The translations under genes were made by a program, and so were the position numbers. A DNA stretch of 64,000 nt from NCBI GenBank assembly GCA_020184695.1, contig JAANOX010000278.1, forward strand, positions 186,001-250,000, given 5' to 3'. Each line of letters starts with the position of its first letter. Position 1 is the stretch's first letter. Positions 1 to 11,401 of the stretch are shown here, one piece after another. This stretch comes from Histomonas meleagridis 2922-C6/04-290x (taxonomy: Eukaryota > Protista > Parabasalia). Below the pieces are notes generated by a model that saw only the letters and a program-made list of their open reading frames with translations, was not told the DNA's origin and did not search any database.

Positions 1-1
1 A

Positions 2-565
2 ATAATTGTCGTTTTCTAATAACGTTTTTGATATTAATGCATACGATAACATCGCTCCGGGCGATTCTTTATCTTTGATGTATTGCAAAAATTCTTCAAT
101 TAATCCAGATGAATAAGAACGATCAGAAAGAATAGTTTCAGTAAGGTCGTTGATTTCATGATATGGAATGTCTGAGGGAGTTTTTAAAATTGAATCAAAT
201 ATTGTGACAAAAGATTTTAATATGATGAAACAATCAAAGGTATTCAAAAATGTTGATATATAAAGTAGAGGAAATATTAACTTGAGTTGGTCATTTGGAG
301 ATAAAGATTCATTTTGAAGTGAAATGATGTCTTTTTGAATTTGGGGGTCTATGTTCGTTACTTCATCAGGATTTTCATCGCAGTACCTAGTAATATATGG
401 CAAAATGGGAATTATTTGTTCAACATCAGATGTTTGTGAATAAAATTCCCTAATTAAGGACTGAGTATCAAATGTTTCAATTTGATCTGTGTCATCAGAG
501 AAGTCAGATGAGACAAAGGCATTAATTAATTTCTGGAATATTTCTGGGATTTTCTTTCCAGACAT
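2..565 (-). CDS. Partial hypothetical protein, probably helical-repeat (runs off the window start)
   Basis: ATG at 565 (MSGKKIPEIFQKLINAF...), frame read as open down to position 2 (188 codons). Absent from the ORF track because its stop lies outside the window. Confidence 0.7.
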   Translation of the reverse strand, partial: MSGKKIPEIFQKLINAFVSSDFSDDTDQIETFDTQSLIREFYSQTSDVEQIIPILPYITRYCDENPDEVTNIDPQIQKDIISLQNESLSPNDQLKLIFPLLYISTFLNTFDCFIILKSFVTIFDSILKTPSDIPYHEINDLTETILSDRSYSSGLIEEFLQYIKDKESPGAMLSYALISKTLLENDNY

Positions 566-692
566 AATAGGGGTACCCCATTTCAATTAACCGTCAATGA
601 ATAAAAAACCGTTTATTATCAATTGACTTTAAATCATCATTTTCGGGAATTACTGATTTAAGCCACAGCTTAGGGCTGATAAATGGTAAGTT

Positions 693-722
<30 letters not shown>
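693..722. repeat. (TA)n microsatellite with one interruption
   Basis: tatatata...tgtatatata seen directly. Confidence 0.95.
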
Positions 723-723
<1 letters not shown>

Positions 724-889
724 TATGATTATTTACAATTCAACAAATGAAAACAGTTGTATCTATATTAAAAATATGATCTTTTTATTTGTTTGCTAAA
801 AACTATTTATAGGTGCCTACTTTAGTTTCAAATTTTCAAATCGGAAAAAAATCATTTTACTATTTTTACTAATGTCTCATTTATTCAAA

Positions 890-2692
890 TTATATTTGAA
901 CAATAAATTTCTCATCATTAAAATCATCTGCAAATGGGTCTTCTTCGATGTTTTTATTTGACATTCCTCCTATAAATGTATTTGCACTTTCATTATTTTC
1001 TTCGTCATTATCATTTTCATAAATTATGTTATTACTTATTTGTTTATTATTTCGAATACGAATTATTATTTCAATGAGAACGATAATTACAATTACTATT
1101 ATAATGGAAACGCATACAGAGATAATAATTATATTTTTATTCATATCATCAGATTGTAATTGTTCATTTGTATATATAATAGTGAAGAAATTGGAGTAAT
1201 AACTATAAATCACTGTGTATATAACTATTGTGTAATCATAAAAGATAAATTCCGTTTTAATATAAACATTCGATGAATTAACAATACAAAGCGAATATGT
1301 ATTTCTTTGCGTAACATAAAATGATAATGTTTGCGTAATTGATAGTGAATATGCTAACCAAACTGTTAAAGACAAAGTTATATTAAGTAGAAATGAATTT
1401 GTTATTGTATTTAAGTGAGAAAATTTAAGTGATTCAGTAAATGTACTTGATTTAGTAAATGTACTTGATTTAGTAAATGTACTTGATTTGGTATATGTGT
1501 TTGATTTAGTATATGTATTTGTTGATATTTCCATGAAGAAATGCGATGTATTACTAAGTTTTCCATAGTTATCAATTAATATGACATGTATATAAACATT
1601 TTCATTTAAAATATCTGCAATAATTCTTTTTGTTATACTTGTATTATTTAAATTTACTAAGGTTAAAATTGTTGAATCATTGTTATCAATGATATAATAA
1701 TATTCTGTTGCAAATGATGTTAAATTAAAAAGAATTTCGTCTGATTCATATATTGTACCATTTGATGAATTTCCAATAACTTTATAAAAAATTGTTTCGG
1801 TTTCATTATTTGTGCTTAATTCAACAGTTCTATATCCTAATGTTGTAATGTTTGGAGATTTTAATTTAGGCGTTTCAATAGAATTATCATATGCATATTG
1901 AAGCGTTGTCTTCTGATATAAGTAGTATATAGTATTTGCAAGAAGTTGTCTTTCATATAGAGTAGCACTTGCAAATGTATGACCTGTTTGAATCATAGCT
2001 GTGTTTTTATATGTTGTCAAGTAATAATGTGGATTTCCATATCTTGGTTCTGTATATCCACTTAAATTCCATGCATAGTTTTCAACTTCGGTATAATTAG
2101 AATAATTATATTATAAGTCAGCTTGTGTATTTCTACCTAGTTCCTCCCAAACTTCTCCAAATGCTGCATTTGAACATGTGTGCGTTTCAAAGCATGTTAG
2201 ATTACCATCTGGAATTGAATATGGATAATTTGTTAATAATCCATGTTTTGTCACACGAAATTCATCACTAAAATGCATCCACCTTGTTGAAAATGTACCA
2301 TTTGAACAGTTATCAGCCTTAAAATAAATTGAATCATATTCTTCTGTTCCAAGCAATATTCCGAATTTTGATGTAATTGGCCCATATCCTTTTTCATTTC
2401 CAAAAACAAATCTAACAACATCATGACCAAACAGAACTCCATAATCGAGATCAATATAATCCGAAACGCGTTGAACAGTTTCATTTTTGGGAAACCACGT
2501 ACCCCAGAGCCCATTTGCATCCATGAAACCAATTACAATGACATCATAATGCTTCATTTCTTCTAAACTCATGTTATCAAAATCATATTTAGAAACCGGA
2601 GTCACATGAATGATTTGCTCTTCTGGTGAGAAATGATTTGTGCCTAATGAAGTGAAATTATAAAATATATCTTCATAAGTATAACCTATATT
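890..2692 (-). pseudogene. Type I membrane/surface protein gene split by an in-frame TAA (2111-2113), with no clear ATG
   Basis: ORFs 2111-2605 and 890-2020 share a frame and are joined by 30 sense codons (YNYSNYTEVENYAWNLSGYTEPRYGNPHYY). The C-terminus has a T/S-rich stalk, a TM helix and an EEDPFADDF tail. Confidence 0.7.
1434..1510 (-). repeat. 18-nt tandem repeat encoding (TYTKSN/TFTKSS)n stalk
   Basis: gatttagtaaatgtactt-type unit repeated about 4-5 times. Confidence 0.85.
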
Positions 2693-2840
2693 TTAAACAA
2701 TCTAAAAAGTTATAATAATTTTTATTTATGTTTGCAAACTCTCATGTTTTCTTGAAAGATATTATAAAACATTGCTAATCTCATATGAAATTAAGTTATC
2801 TTAATGATCTTATAACTCTGAAAATGAATAACCATTTAAA

Positions 2841-3211
2841 TTGAATGTACATTTTATGCTTTTGCAATTGTTTGTTTTTGTTTCTATTGTTTTACTATCT
2901 TCCCTATGCTTTTGTACCTACCAACATTATGTTCTGTTTAGTTCAACAAGTACAATAAAAGATGACAACACTTATATTTATATTATTATAGGTGTTGCCA
3001 TTGCAGCAATTATTATAATAATAACTTTGTGAATGATTTTGTTAATAAAAATTAAAAACAAAAAAGTAATGAAAAAATCACATAAACATCAAGTGATGAT
3101 AATACAACACAAGATGTTTCACATAATATTAAAATGGAAAATATTAGCGCTGATCCACTTGCAGAAGATTTTAATGAAAATGATATCTTTATAAAGTTTT
3201 CATATTATTAA
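2841..3211 (+). pseudogene. Relic 3' end (stalk-TM-tail) of a surface-protein gene
   Basis: YIYIIIGVAIAAIIIIITL*MILLIKIKNKK, then after a frameshift ...ENISADPLAEDFNEND. Same tail type as the genes at 890 and 48466. Confidence 0.65.
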
Positions 3212-3277
3212 CTCAAAGCAAAAAAATAATAAATTTTAATCATGAATAAAAAGGTATTAAAAAAATTTATTTTTGCA

Positions 3278-4555
3278 TTAACAATTTTCAAACTCTTTCA
3301 AGAAATTCATATACAGTGAAGAAGTGTTTGCTATTGAAGAATTTTGGCATTGAGTGAAAGATTCGATTGATGAAACAACACTTTCATCATTTATTATTAC
3401 TTTTAAAGAATATAAAATAGTGATACAATTTAAAATGACATTATCATCATCACTAAAGACAAAAAATGATACAAATGATAAAAGTTCATTATTTAAATTC
3501 TTTATAATACCGAAATCAACGCAAACTTTAATTATTGATAAAATAAATTTTTTTGATTCATAATTATAAGAATCGATTTTATTGATATTTATACAAGAAA
3601 AAGTTTTCTCAGCAAATAAATTTGAACTTTTAGATAGTATTAAAGCTAACTCAAGAATATATAAATAAACATTTGGATACATATTTAAATTTATATTAAA
3701 CATTTGTAAGATATCAATTTGATTAATTAATTGTTCTTTTCTAAATTCATTTGATGAATAATAAATTAAAAGATCTAAAGCTGAAACAACTAAAGAATTT
3801 GTTTTAAAATTTGTTACATTAATAATAATATTAATTTGTTGTTCATCTAACATTATATCATCATTTGATATAATTATTTTTGTTATTATTTCAAGTAAAA
3901 CATTTTGTGTTGATAAATCTGAACGAATTAAAATTTCAAATAATTTTGGAATTAATTCCATAATATTTGGAATATCAATATACTCAATTTGTCTTTTGAG
4001 GATTTTTAATGTTAAGCAAAAAAGTTCATTAGTTTTGTTTAATGACAAATTAAATATGAATTTTAATTGTTCGATACCAATAAAAAACTTTTTATCTTTA
4101 GTTAATAAGATTAATATAAATATCACTTGTGTATATGACTTATCTGATGGAATATTATTTAAAATATTAGTGCAAATTGAAAATAGATTATCACCAAACT
4201 CAGAAATTAATATTTGATTTTCTTCAATTATATTTGTTATTATCCAAAGAAGAATTTCCATAAGTTTTATATCAATTATATTCAAAAAAATTGTTGAAAT
4301 TGAACTATCAAGAATTCTTTTTTGACTATCAAAATCTAAAGACTTACCAAACGAATTTAAATAGTTTTGTATTTTAATTCCCATTTCATAATCAATAGGA
4401 GCAGAAATTTGTTTAATCTCTTCATTAGAAAAATCATCATCTAAATCAGGTCTGTAATATGAAACATGTTTTTCCACATATTTTGGTCGAAAATCATAAT
4501 CATTTAAAGGTGGTGAAAAAGGTTTTTTCCAATCATTTAAAGGATAAGGTTTCAT
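3278..4555 (-). CDS. Hypothetical protein, probably ARM/HEAT-like helical repeats
   Basis: 425-aa ORF rich in I/L helices; no diagnostic motif recognised. Confidence 0.7.
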   Translation of the reverse strand: MKPYPLNDWKKPFSPPLNDYDFRPKYVEKHVSYYRPDLDDDFSNEEIKQISAPIDYEMGIKIQNYLNSFGKSLDFDSQKRILDSSISTIFLNIIDIKLMEILLWIITNIIEENQILISEFGDNLFSICTNILNNIPSDKSYTQVIFILILLTKDKKFFIGIEQLKFIFNLSLNKTNELFCLTLKILKRQIEYIDIPNIMELIPKLFEILIRSDLSTQNVLLEIITKIIISNDDIMLDEQQINIIINVTNFKTNSLVVSALDLLIYYSSNEFRKEQLINQIDILQMFNINLNMYPNVYLYILELALILSKSSNLFAEKTFSCININKIDSYNYESKKFILSIIKVCVDFGIIKNLNNELLSFVSFFVFSDDDNVILNCITILYSLKVIINDESVVSSIESFTQCQNSSIANTSSLYMNFLKEFENC

Positions 4556-4732
4556 AAAAAAAAATGGTTCAAATTTCCAAATCTACAAACAATTTTACTT
4601 ATTTTCCATCATCATAACCAAACAAAACTTCAGTTATATCCTCAAAAAACAAACAAAACAAAATCCAACAAACCCATCATCGACCGTTTATACCATTTCA
4701 ACGATATACAAAAATCAAAACTTTATTCCACA

Positions 4733-6955
4733 TCAAACTTTCAATGATCGAATTCTTGCTCTTTTCTTTGCGTTCATTTGTTTTTCGAACAAGTCGAATG
4801 CAGCGTTTGCCACTATTTCCTGTGTTAATTGTGCTGTTTTCATTCTTCTCTTGAATTCCTTCAAAGCCCTAGCTATTGATTGTATCAATTCCTTACTCAT
4901 CAACTTATCAGGAATATTTCGAATGAATTCATCGAATTTTATATTCAGCGACGGCAAATTATCCAACATCACTTGTAACAAAGCAGGGTCATCATATGCC
5001 TTCAAAGTTAATTCATCCCAAACACTTTTATCAGCGACTTGGATTGCATATTCCACAGTTTCCTTTGGGTTTTTAATGTTATTTAAGTGTATTCTCATAC
5101 CGTCAAGTATCGCACCAGTTTTCTTTGATAAGAACGCGGCTTCTCTATAAAGCTTTTCATCTATTGCAGTTTGTCTAGCAACAGTATAATCGAATTCGGA
5201 ACTATTTAATAAATAATTCATAGTTTCCGGATGATGGAACTTAATATATAACACAGCCAAATCAGTTCCATAAGGCTTTGGTATTGGTATATGCATTTTA
5301 TATAATTGATGTAAATAATTTAACATATGTTGACACATTTGGACCGTATTTGTCTTAAAGTTCGGCAATACCAAAATCGGCTTCATTTGTTCAGTATGTG
5401 ATAACATAAATTGGGTGAAAATATCTCCATAAGTTCGATATAATGTATCGAATCGTTTTAATGGATAATCATATAATTGATATTTCTCGATATCATCGAA
5501 AAGATTTAAATAATTCGCAGTGAGTCCTGAGTCAAAAGCTTTTGAATGTTCACCAATTCGATGATATAATATCATTAATGGGATATGAAATACTTTTTCC
5601 GAATCTGCTTTGATTTGGACGTCATTTATCAATAGTTTCGGATCGAAACTATCAGGCGGTAAGTTCGAAAACACTTGACAAAATCGTTGTGTATCATTAT
5701 GAATTAATTCTCGTAAAATCGGCACAAGTTTTGGTGTGTTCTTTAATTCTTCAAGTGGAACATAACTTGCAAGTGATGATATCGCATCATTGTTTTGGAA
5801 TAGTTCTATAGCTCGATCCCATTCTTCATTACGTGGCTTAAGATATTTATTACATAGTTCTGCTGCTTTGTTATAATCACTTTTGGACTTAATAAAATGT
5901 GATAAAATGCGCATAACTAAATCAACACGTTCATTGTCCGTTAATGATGGTAACATACTTTCAAACTTCTTAAGACATAATTGATCTTCATTACGATCTA
6001 AATGCATTTGTAAACGCTCGGCCCAACTTGAAAATGTAATACAATAAACAAATTGATCTAAAACTAATATAAATTTGCCTTTCGTTGTGGGTAATAACGT
6101 GACGTATTTACTCGGCTTAATGGCATTCTCTGGAGGAGAAACATAACTAATGGTTAAGTTTTGGTCAATATAAAACATACATTCTTTTTTCGCGTCATCA
6201 TAAAATAATTGCATCGTGATCGAATCTTGAACTGCTAAGGATAAAACATTACGATGGACATTGACAACAATCTCACGTGTGGTAGTAAGCCATAGTTCAT
6301 AATATAAGGAACCAAATGATAAACCTAAGATGGAATCTGATAATTGTAAAAAGGTACACCTGGGGTTTTGGATGGGAGAATTGGGAAATACTGGTGTTAT
6401 TTTATAAAGTTTTTCTTCGTTCTTTTCACGAATTACATTAATCGAAGTAAAAGAGGCCCAAGCAATAATTCCGTTTTTCCACCAAACTGTTTGTATAAAA
6501 CCTTCATTCTCGGAAATTGTTGTCTTTTTCATTCGGAGCCAGCCTTGACTTATACGAATAATACTACCATTGGTATCTGAAAAAATGGCATTGAATTCTT
6601 TGGTGGAAGCATAGTTTGGATCAAGAGCACATGCTGAAATAGAAACGCCGTGCGAAACTGTAATAACTGACTTATTTTCCGATATTGGATAAAGATTTAA
6701 ATTTCCATTTCCAGTGGAAAATAAAACAAACTTCCCTGTGGAATCAACAGAGATATAAGTTATCTGAGCATCACTTTTGGTATACTCAATTAATGTTTCA
6801 CCTGATAATTTTGCCACAACACATCTTCCATGTTCAGTTCCAAATACAATTTTGTCATCAGAAGTTATTGCAAATGCGGATATTTGATCTGTTTTATCAT
6901 TTTTATCTGTAATCTGTAATGAAATTTGAGGGTATTTGAGTATAGGTTCTTCCAT
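4733..6955 (-). CDS. VPS41: Vps41-like HOPS subunit (WD40 propeller + clathrin-heavy-chain repeat)
   Basis: N-terminal WD-like repeats (ISACALDPNY, WWKNGIIAWAS) and a CHCR-like C-terminus (AVEYAIQVADKSVWDEL-type). No RING domain. Confidence 0.75.
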   Translation of the reverse strand: MEEPILKYPQISLQITDKNDKTDQISAFAITSDDKIVFGTEHGRCVVAKLSGETLIEYTKSDAQITYISVDSTGKFVLFSTGNGNLNLYPISENKSVITVSHGVSISACALDPNYASTKEFNAIFSDTNGSIIRISQGWLRMKKTTISENEGFIQTVWWKNGIIAWASFTSINVIREKNEEKLYKITPVFPNSPIQNPRCTFLQLSDSILGLSFGSLYYELWLTTTREIVVNVHRNVLSLAVQDSITMQLFYDDAKKECMFYIDQNLTISYVSPPENAIKPSKYVTLLPTTKGKFILVLDQFVYCITFSSWAERLQMHLDRNEDQLCLKKFESMLPSLTDNERVDLVMRILSHFIKSKSDYNKAAELCNKYLKPRNEEWDRAIELFQNNDAISSLASYVPLEELKNTPKLVPILRELIHNDTQRFCQVFSNLPPDSFDPKLLINDVQIKADSEKVFHIPLMILYHRIGEHSKAFDSGLTANYLNLFDDIEKYQLYDYPLKRFDTLYRTYGDIFTQFMLSHTEQMKPILVLPNFKTNTVQMCQHMLNYLHQLYKMHIPIPKPYGTDLAVLYIKFHHPETMNYLLNSSEFDYTVARQTAIDEKLYREAAFLSKKTGAILDGMRIHLNNIKNPKETVEYAIQVADKSVWDELTLKAYDDPALLQVMLDNLPSLNIKFDEFIRNIPDKLMSKELIQSIARALKEFKRRMKTAQLTQEIVANAAFDLFEKQMNAKKRARIRSLKV

Positions 6956-6984
6956 TTTGCAGGCGGTTTTGTAAACTTGAACTT

Positions 6985-6991
6985 AACGGTT
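6985..6991. promoter_or_regulatory. AACSGTT motif (trichomonad M3/Myb-type core promoter element) between divergent Vps41 and Rho genes
   Basis: AACGGTT here; the same motif occurs at 23315, 39471, 43721 and 53822, each close to a start codon. Confidence 0.5.
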
Positions 6992-7086
6992 TTTAAGCAA
7001 TTCACTTTTTGGAATTGCAGAAATTTTACAATGCGCACGTTAAACTCTGCTTCAGTTGTTTATCTTGACTGTATTTTTGGAAAGTA

Positions 7087-7682
7087 ATGAATTCACAAAA
7101 AAAAGAGCTAAAGGTTAGCCTACTAGGAGATGGGGCTGTTGGAAAAACATCTTTAATCCTCACTTATTTTTCAGGCAAATTTCCCCTTGAAATAATGGGC
7201 ATAATTGAGTCTGATTATAAAAAAAATGTTATTTTTAACAAAATTCCATATAAGCTTAACATTTGTGATTGCTGTTGTGGAGCTGAAGATTTTGTTTCTC
7301 TTAGAAGGAAACTTCTATATCAAGGTACTGATGTTGTTATTCTATGTTTCTCTCTTGTTTGTAAAAATTCCCTAGATGCAATTATGAATTATTGGATAGA
7401 TGAAACCAAACAATATTTTTCAGAAACACCTTCATTTTGTTAGGAACCAAAACAGATTTACGTGACGAATTCATACCGGATCCGTCAAATTATTCTTATG
7501 AACCTATTTCATCTCAAGAAGGAAAGTCAGTTGCAAAAGAAATAGATGCGTTTGGTTACATTGAATGTTCTGCTAAAATCGGATATAATTTAGATGAAGT
7601 TTTCCAACTTGCAATAAAAGCTGCTTCAAGCCAAAAATTTAATACAAAGATAGATAAAAAAGAAATTTGCAGAATATTTTAA
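7087..7682 (+). CDS. Rho/Rac-family small GTPase with a 1-nt frameshift near 7429-7433
   Basis: GDGAVGKT P-loop, GTKTDLR G4, ECSAK G5 and CRIF CaaX. Adding one T to CCTTC gives ETPFILLGTK, which aligns without gaps to the canonical Rho sequence. Confidence 0.85.
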
Positions 7683-7779
7683 GTAAAGAATTTTGCTCTG
7701 TTATTATTCTCCTATGTTTTCTCTTAATTTATTTGTCATGACAATTTGTGTTTAATAACTTTAATAATAAATATATTTT

Positions 7780-7782
<3 letters not shown>

Positions 7783-7814
<32 letters not shown>
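7783..7814. repeat. (AT)16 microsatellite
   Basis: Seen directly. Confidence 0.95.
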
Positions 7815-7817
<3 letters not shown>

Positions 7818-8605
7818 TAGAAAAAATATATTATTTTTATTAACTAAAAGTTAAACATCATGATGTGTGATATCATGTATGATATCATTGTTTAATTCAT
7901 ACCATTTTTTTATTTTTGTTAGACACCTAAAATGCATATAAAATTAATAAAGATGTTAATGTTTTTTACCCAGATATATGAAATAGATGTTGATTTATAA
8001 ATATCGTAAGCTTAATGATACTGAGTGTTATAGTACTCTAATTATAATTATATACAATGTACAACTGTCTCATTTATGTCATGGAAGAAAGATATATTAT
8101 CTAATTTGTATCGAAATTCCAATTTATTAACTACGAATTTCACAAATATGCAACATAAAAGACTGAGTATCCATGTGCATCATATGTATATTATGAGCAA
8201 ACACTGTATCAATTACGATCATTTTTTTACAAATGGGTTTTTGTTGATGATTCAAAAAGTTAAACCCCTTAAGTGCAAAAGCGGCTATTTTGAGGAAAAT
8301 TCAATATAACATTGTTTGACAACACACAATTCAAAAAAGCTTTTTTCGATATCCCTTCAAATTTTTCAGAAATTCCGGTGTTTTAGCTCTGTGGTTAAAC
8401 CTAAATTTTTTTCTGTTCTTGATATAAACATATTATATAAATTGATCATAATTAATAACGAGGTAGTCTACCTTATAAATACAAAAATAGATAAAATTTT
8501 TAATAATATATTTAAAGAAATTCATATTTTTATTTTCACAAATAAAAAATTTTTGTCAATTGAATTGAAATCATACTTCACATCATTCATCAAATTCATT
8601 GATCA

Positions 8606-9187
8606 ATGAACATAAAAATTATTCTTCTTATTGCAACTGGTGTTATTGCACTAGCTGGTTTGATAGGGCACCTTGTTGTTTGCGCCACATGGACTTCAAT
8701 AATCAATCCAACATTTTCAAACGCGGGTGGAATCTGTGCAACGCTGAACATTTCTGCTATTTGCATTTGTTTGTTTGCTGCAATAACAATTGTAGGAATC
8801 ATTGTTTTAATCATTCTTAAATTTGCAACCAAAAATGTTAACAAGTGGCTCCTAATTGGTATTGGTTGTGTTTGGGCCATCACTTTTGTATGTGCTTGCA
8901 TTAACTTTTCTAAAATGTTTAATCCAAATGATGATGCAGAGAAATTAGCAAATAATAATAATTTTGTAGAATTTTCAAGGCAAGTTGCTAAATATTCTTT
9001 GTCTTCTACTGAAGCTTTAAAGGATTGGAGGGAATTCTTGAAAAGATTAACTGATAAGTACGGAGATAAAGAAGATGATTGGAAAAAGATAGTTTTTCCC
9101 TATACTTCACTTCTTGCTTTCTTGATCGTTGAAATAGTCGGAATCGTTGTATACATCATTACTCTTATATTTTTCTTAAAGGGTTAA
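8606..9187 (+). CDS. Four-TM protein with tetraspanin-like topology (no CCG motif)
   Basis: Three hydrophobic segments, a hydrophilic loop of about 60 aa, then a fourth TM at the C-terminus. Confidence 0.7.
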   Translation: MNIKIILLIATGVIALAGLIGHLVVCATWTSIINPTFSNAGGICATLNISAICICLFAAITIVGIIVLIILKFATKNVNKWLLIGIGCVWAITFVCACINFSKMFNPNDDAEKLANNNNFVEFSRQVAKYSLSSTEALKDWREFLKRLTDKYGDKEDDWKKIVFPYTSLLAFLIVEIVGIVVYIITLIFFLKG

Positions 9188-9991
9188 ACAAATGGAAAAA
9201 AGAATCTGAGTAAATTATTTTCTTTTCTTTTTTTAAAGAAACTATACAACAGCGTTATAAATAATATTGTTTTTATGAGCCATTTTAATCTTTTTGATTG
9301 TGTGGCTTTTGTTAAAAATTACAATAGTCAAAATATAACGAAACCACATTAATGTGGTAAACTTCTCAAAATAAAAAACGTTATGTGCAAATCAAACCAA
9401 TTTTTTGCATAGTTTATTATGCACTTTTTTCATTTCCAAAAAAGAGGAACATGCAACTCCACATTTCAAAATTTTTGAAATAGAGATAATTTCAATATGC
9501 AGACCTATATTACAATTCTTATCATCTTCGAAAAGAATGTAAACCGCGTTTAATCTTCACATTTGAATCAACCATTCTTGATCAATACCAATATTTAAGA
9601 ATGTCTTACCATTTTTTAAATATTTGATGACGACTTTTTGCTTTCTACATGTGTTTTATTTCACTGGTAATTTACTATTCAAGCTAATTTCTAATTTATG
9701 ACTTAGTTCATAAATGTGTTTATCAAGCAAAACAAAAATTAGCTTTCATTTTGTCAAATCAAGCCATTAAATCTAAATGAAAATATTACCAAATTTTCTT
9801 TATTTCTGTCTTAACATTAATCAAAATAAGATCCAATGAATCAATACTTCTAAGAAAAAAGATTTTATTATGTTTACTGTTCAAAACTGTTATTTAATTC
9901 CTTCCTTTCTTTTTCATTGAGTTTTTACAAAAGTATTTTTTTCTTGTTGTTGACAAACAAGCGGTTAGTTGTCAATTTCTGTTGACAAAGA

Positions 9992-10705
9992 ATGAGCGCC
10001 AACGTGGACGAAGGAATCCAAGTTGGCCGTACGACAGATGTTTTACTGGCAAAAGCGCGGCATTATACCAATGTATATTCGACCCGCAAAGATTGTCAGA
10101 CCATAAAAGAGCAAATTCTTGAAATCGTTGAAGATAAAGACAAATACTGGAACACACTTGCATCATTTCTTCATGGTCAATGTTCCAAGCAAGAATATGA
10201 TGATGTCATGAACCAATGTCTTACTGATTACAGAGCCAAACTTTTACATAATGATTTAATTCGTTCCATTTTATTTAATGCGCATTTTTCTATGATTCCT
10301 CCTCCTGGAGTGAACATAGTCAAAACGCCCACCCCTCCACAACCCAGGCCTATTCAAGCGCCATCACAGAATTCTCGTAATTCCTCATTTTCAACATATT
10401 CCGCTTCAGACATGCGCCATCTTCCTTCCATTAACCAGCTCTCTAGTCGTATTGGCATATTGCTTAGTTCTCGCAACATAAAAGTCGAAAGTAAAGCGAC
10501 TGGAATTTTATTTCAAGAATTAAAGCGATTTATAATGTCAATTCTTGAAAACAGTGCGCTGCTTGTGTCAAGTAAAGGCATTAACCCACAGGAGAACATC
10601 GTTATAACACATGCGCAGATTATGCACGTGTTAAATTCGGATTATCGGATCTTAAACGTTGTCTCTCCTTCGCTGCTGTCGAAATATTCGTCATTTTTGC
10701 AATAG
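9992..10705 (+). CDS. SAGA subunit Ada1/TADA1-like
   Basis: YWNTLASFLHGQCSKQEYD...LHNDLIRSILFNA resembles the Ada1 N-terminal domain; the C-terminus looks like a histone fold. Confidence 0.7.
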   Translation: MSANVDEGIQVGRTTDVLLAKARHYTNVYSTRKDCQTIKEQILEIVEDKDKYWNTLASFLHGQCSKQEYDDVMNQCLTDYRAKLLHNDLIRSILFNAHFSMIPPPGVNIVKTPTPPQPRPIQAPSQNSRNSSFSTYSASDMRHLPSINQLSSRIGILLSSRNIKVESKATGILFQELKRFIMSILENSALLVSSKGINPQENIVITHAQIMHVLNSDYRILNVVSPSLLSKYSSFLQ

Positions 10706-11401
10706 CAAATTTATAAACAACGTCTTTATTATTCTTTTGGCCTTAAATTTAATTAAATAAAAATAAATTTTTTTTGATAATAATGGAAAATTTGAAATCT
10801 TTAAACAATGAATTACTTTCTTTTCAAGTGAAGACTTGCCAACAAAAACATGTTTGTGATTTAAGAACTTCTTGTAAAATCATTATGACATTATTACTGT
10901 AAAAAGATAATTTGCTTATAAAAAATTATTTTAATAAAATAATATTTGGAAATTATTTAAAATATTTAATGCATCACTTATGAAAGCAACAAAAGAAAAA
11001 CATTTCGATATCATTCAAATCATTAAGGAAAAACTATTAATATATTAAGCAAAAATAAAGATCAAACAAGTAACTTATATATAATGTAAACCAACAATGA
11101 TATCGAAGAAAAACATCATCAAATTAGATTTAAAAATGTGAATTTCAAAATTAACACATTTTTTTTAAATTGGTGTAAAAAATTATTTTAAATCTACTTA
11201 AACCAGTAAAAGTTACCTTATGAAAAAATTTAATTTTATTTATTTTTAGTATAAACTTTATTTACATTTTTATACATATTTTTTCATCAACTATTGATAA
11301 CGAATATAAATTTAAATACAAATTCAAACAAAAAGTGTATGAAATCGAATTTCATCACTTTTTATGTTAACAAAATTACAAATAAAAACATAAAAACAGT
11401 T

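Noticed and set aside
2111-2113. Stop-codon reassignment (TAA as sense)
   Set aside because: Many clearly intact genes in the window end in TAA, TAG or TGA at the expected positions.
7420-7445. Rho frameshift as another 17-nt insert (17-nt removal would also restore frame)
   Set aside because: Adding one T gives an ungapped match to the canonical Rho segment, whereas removing 17 nt would delete conserved residues.
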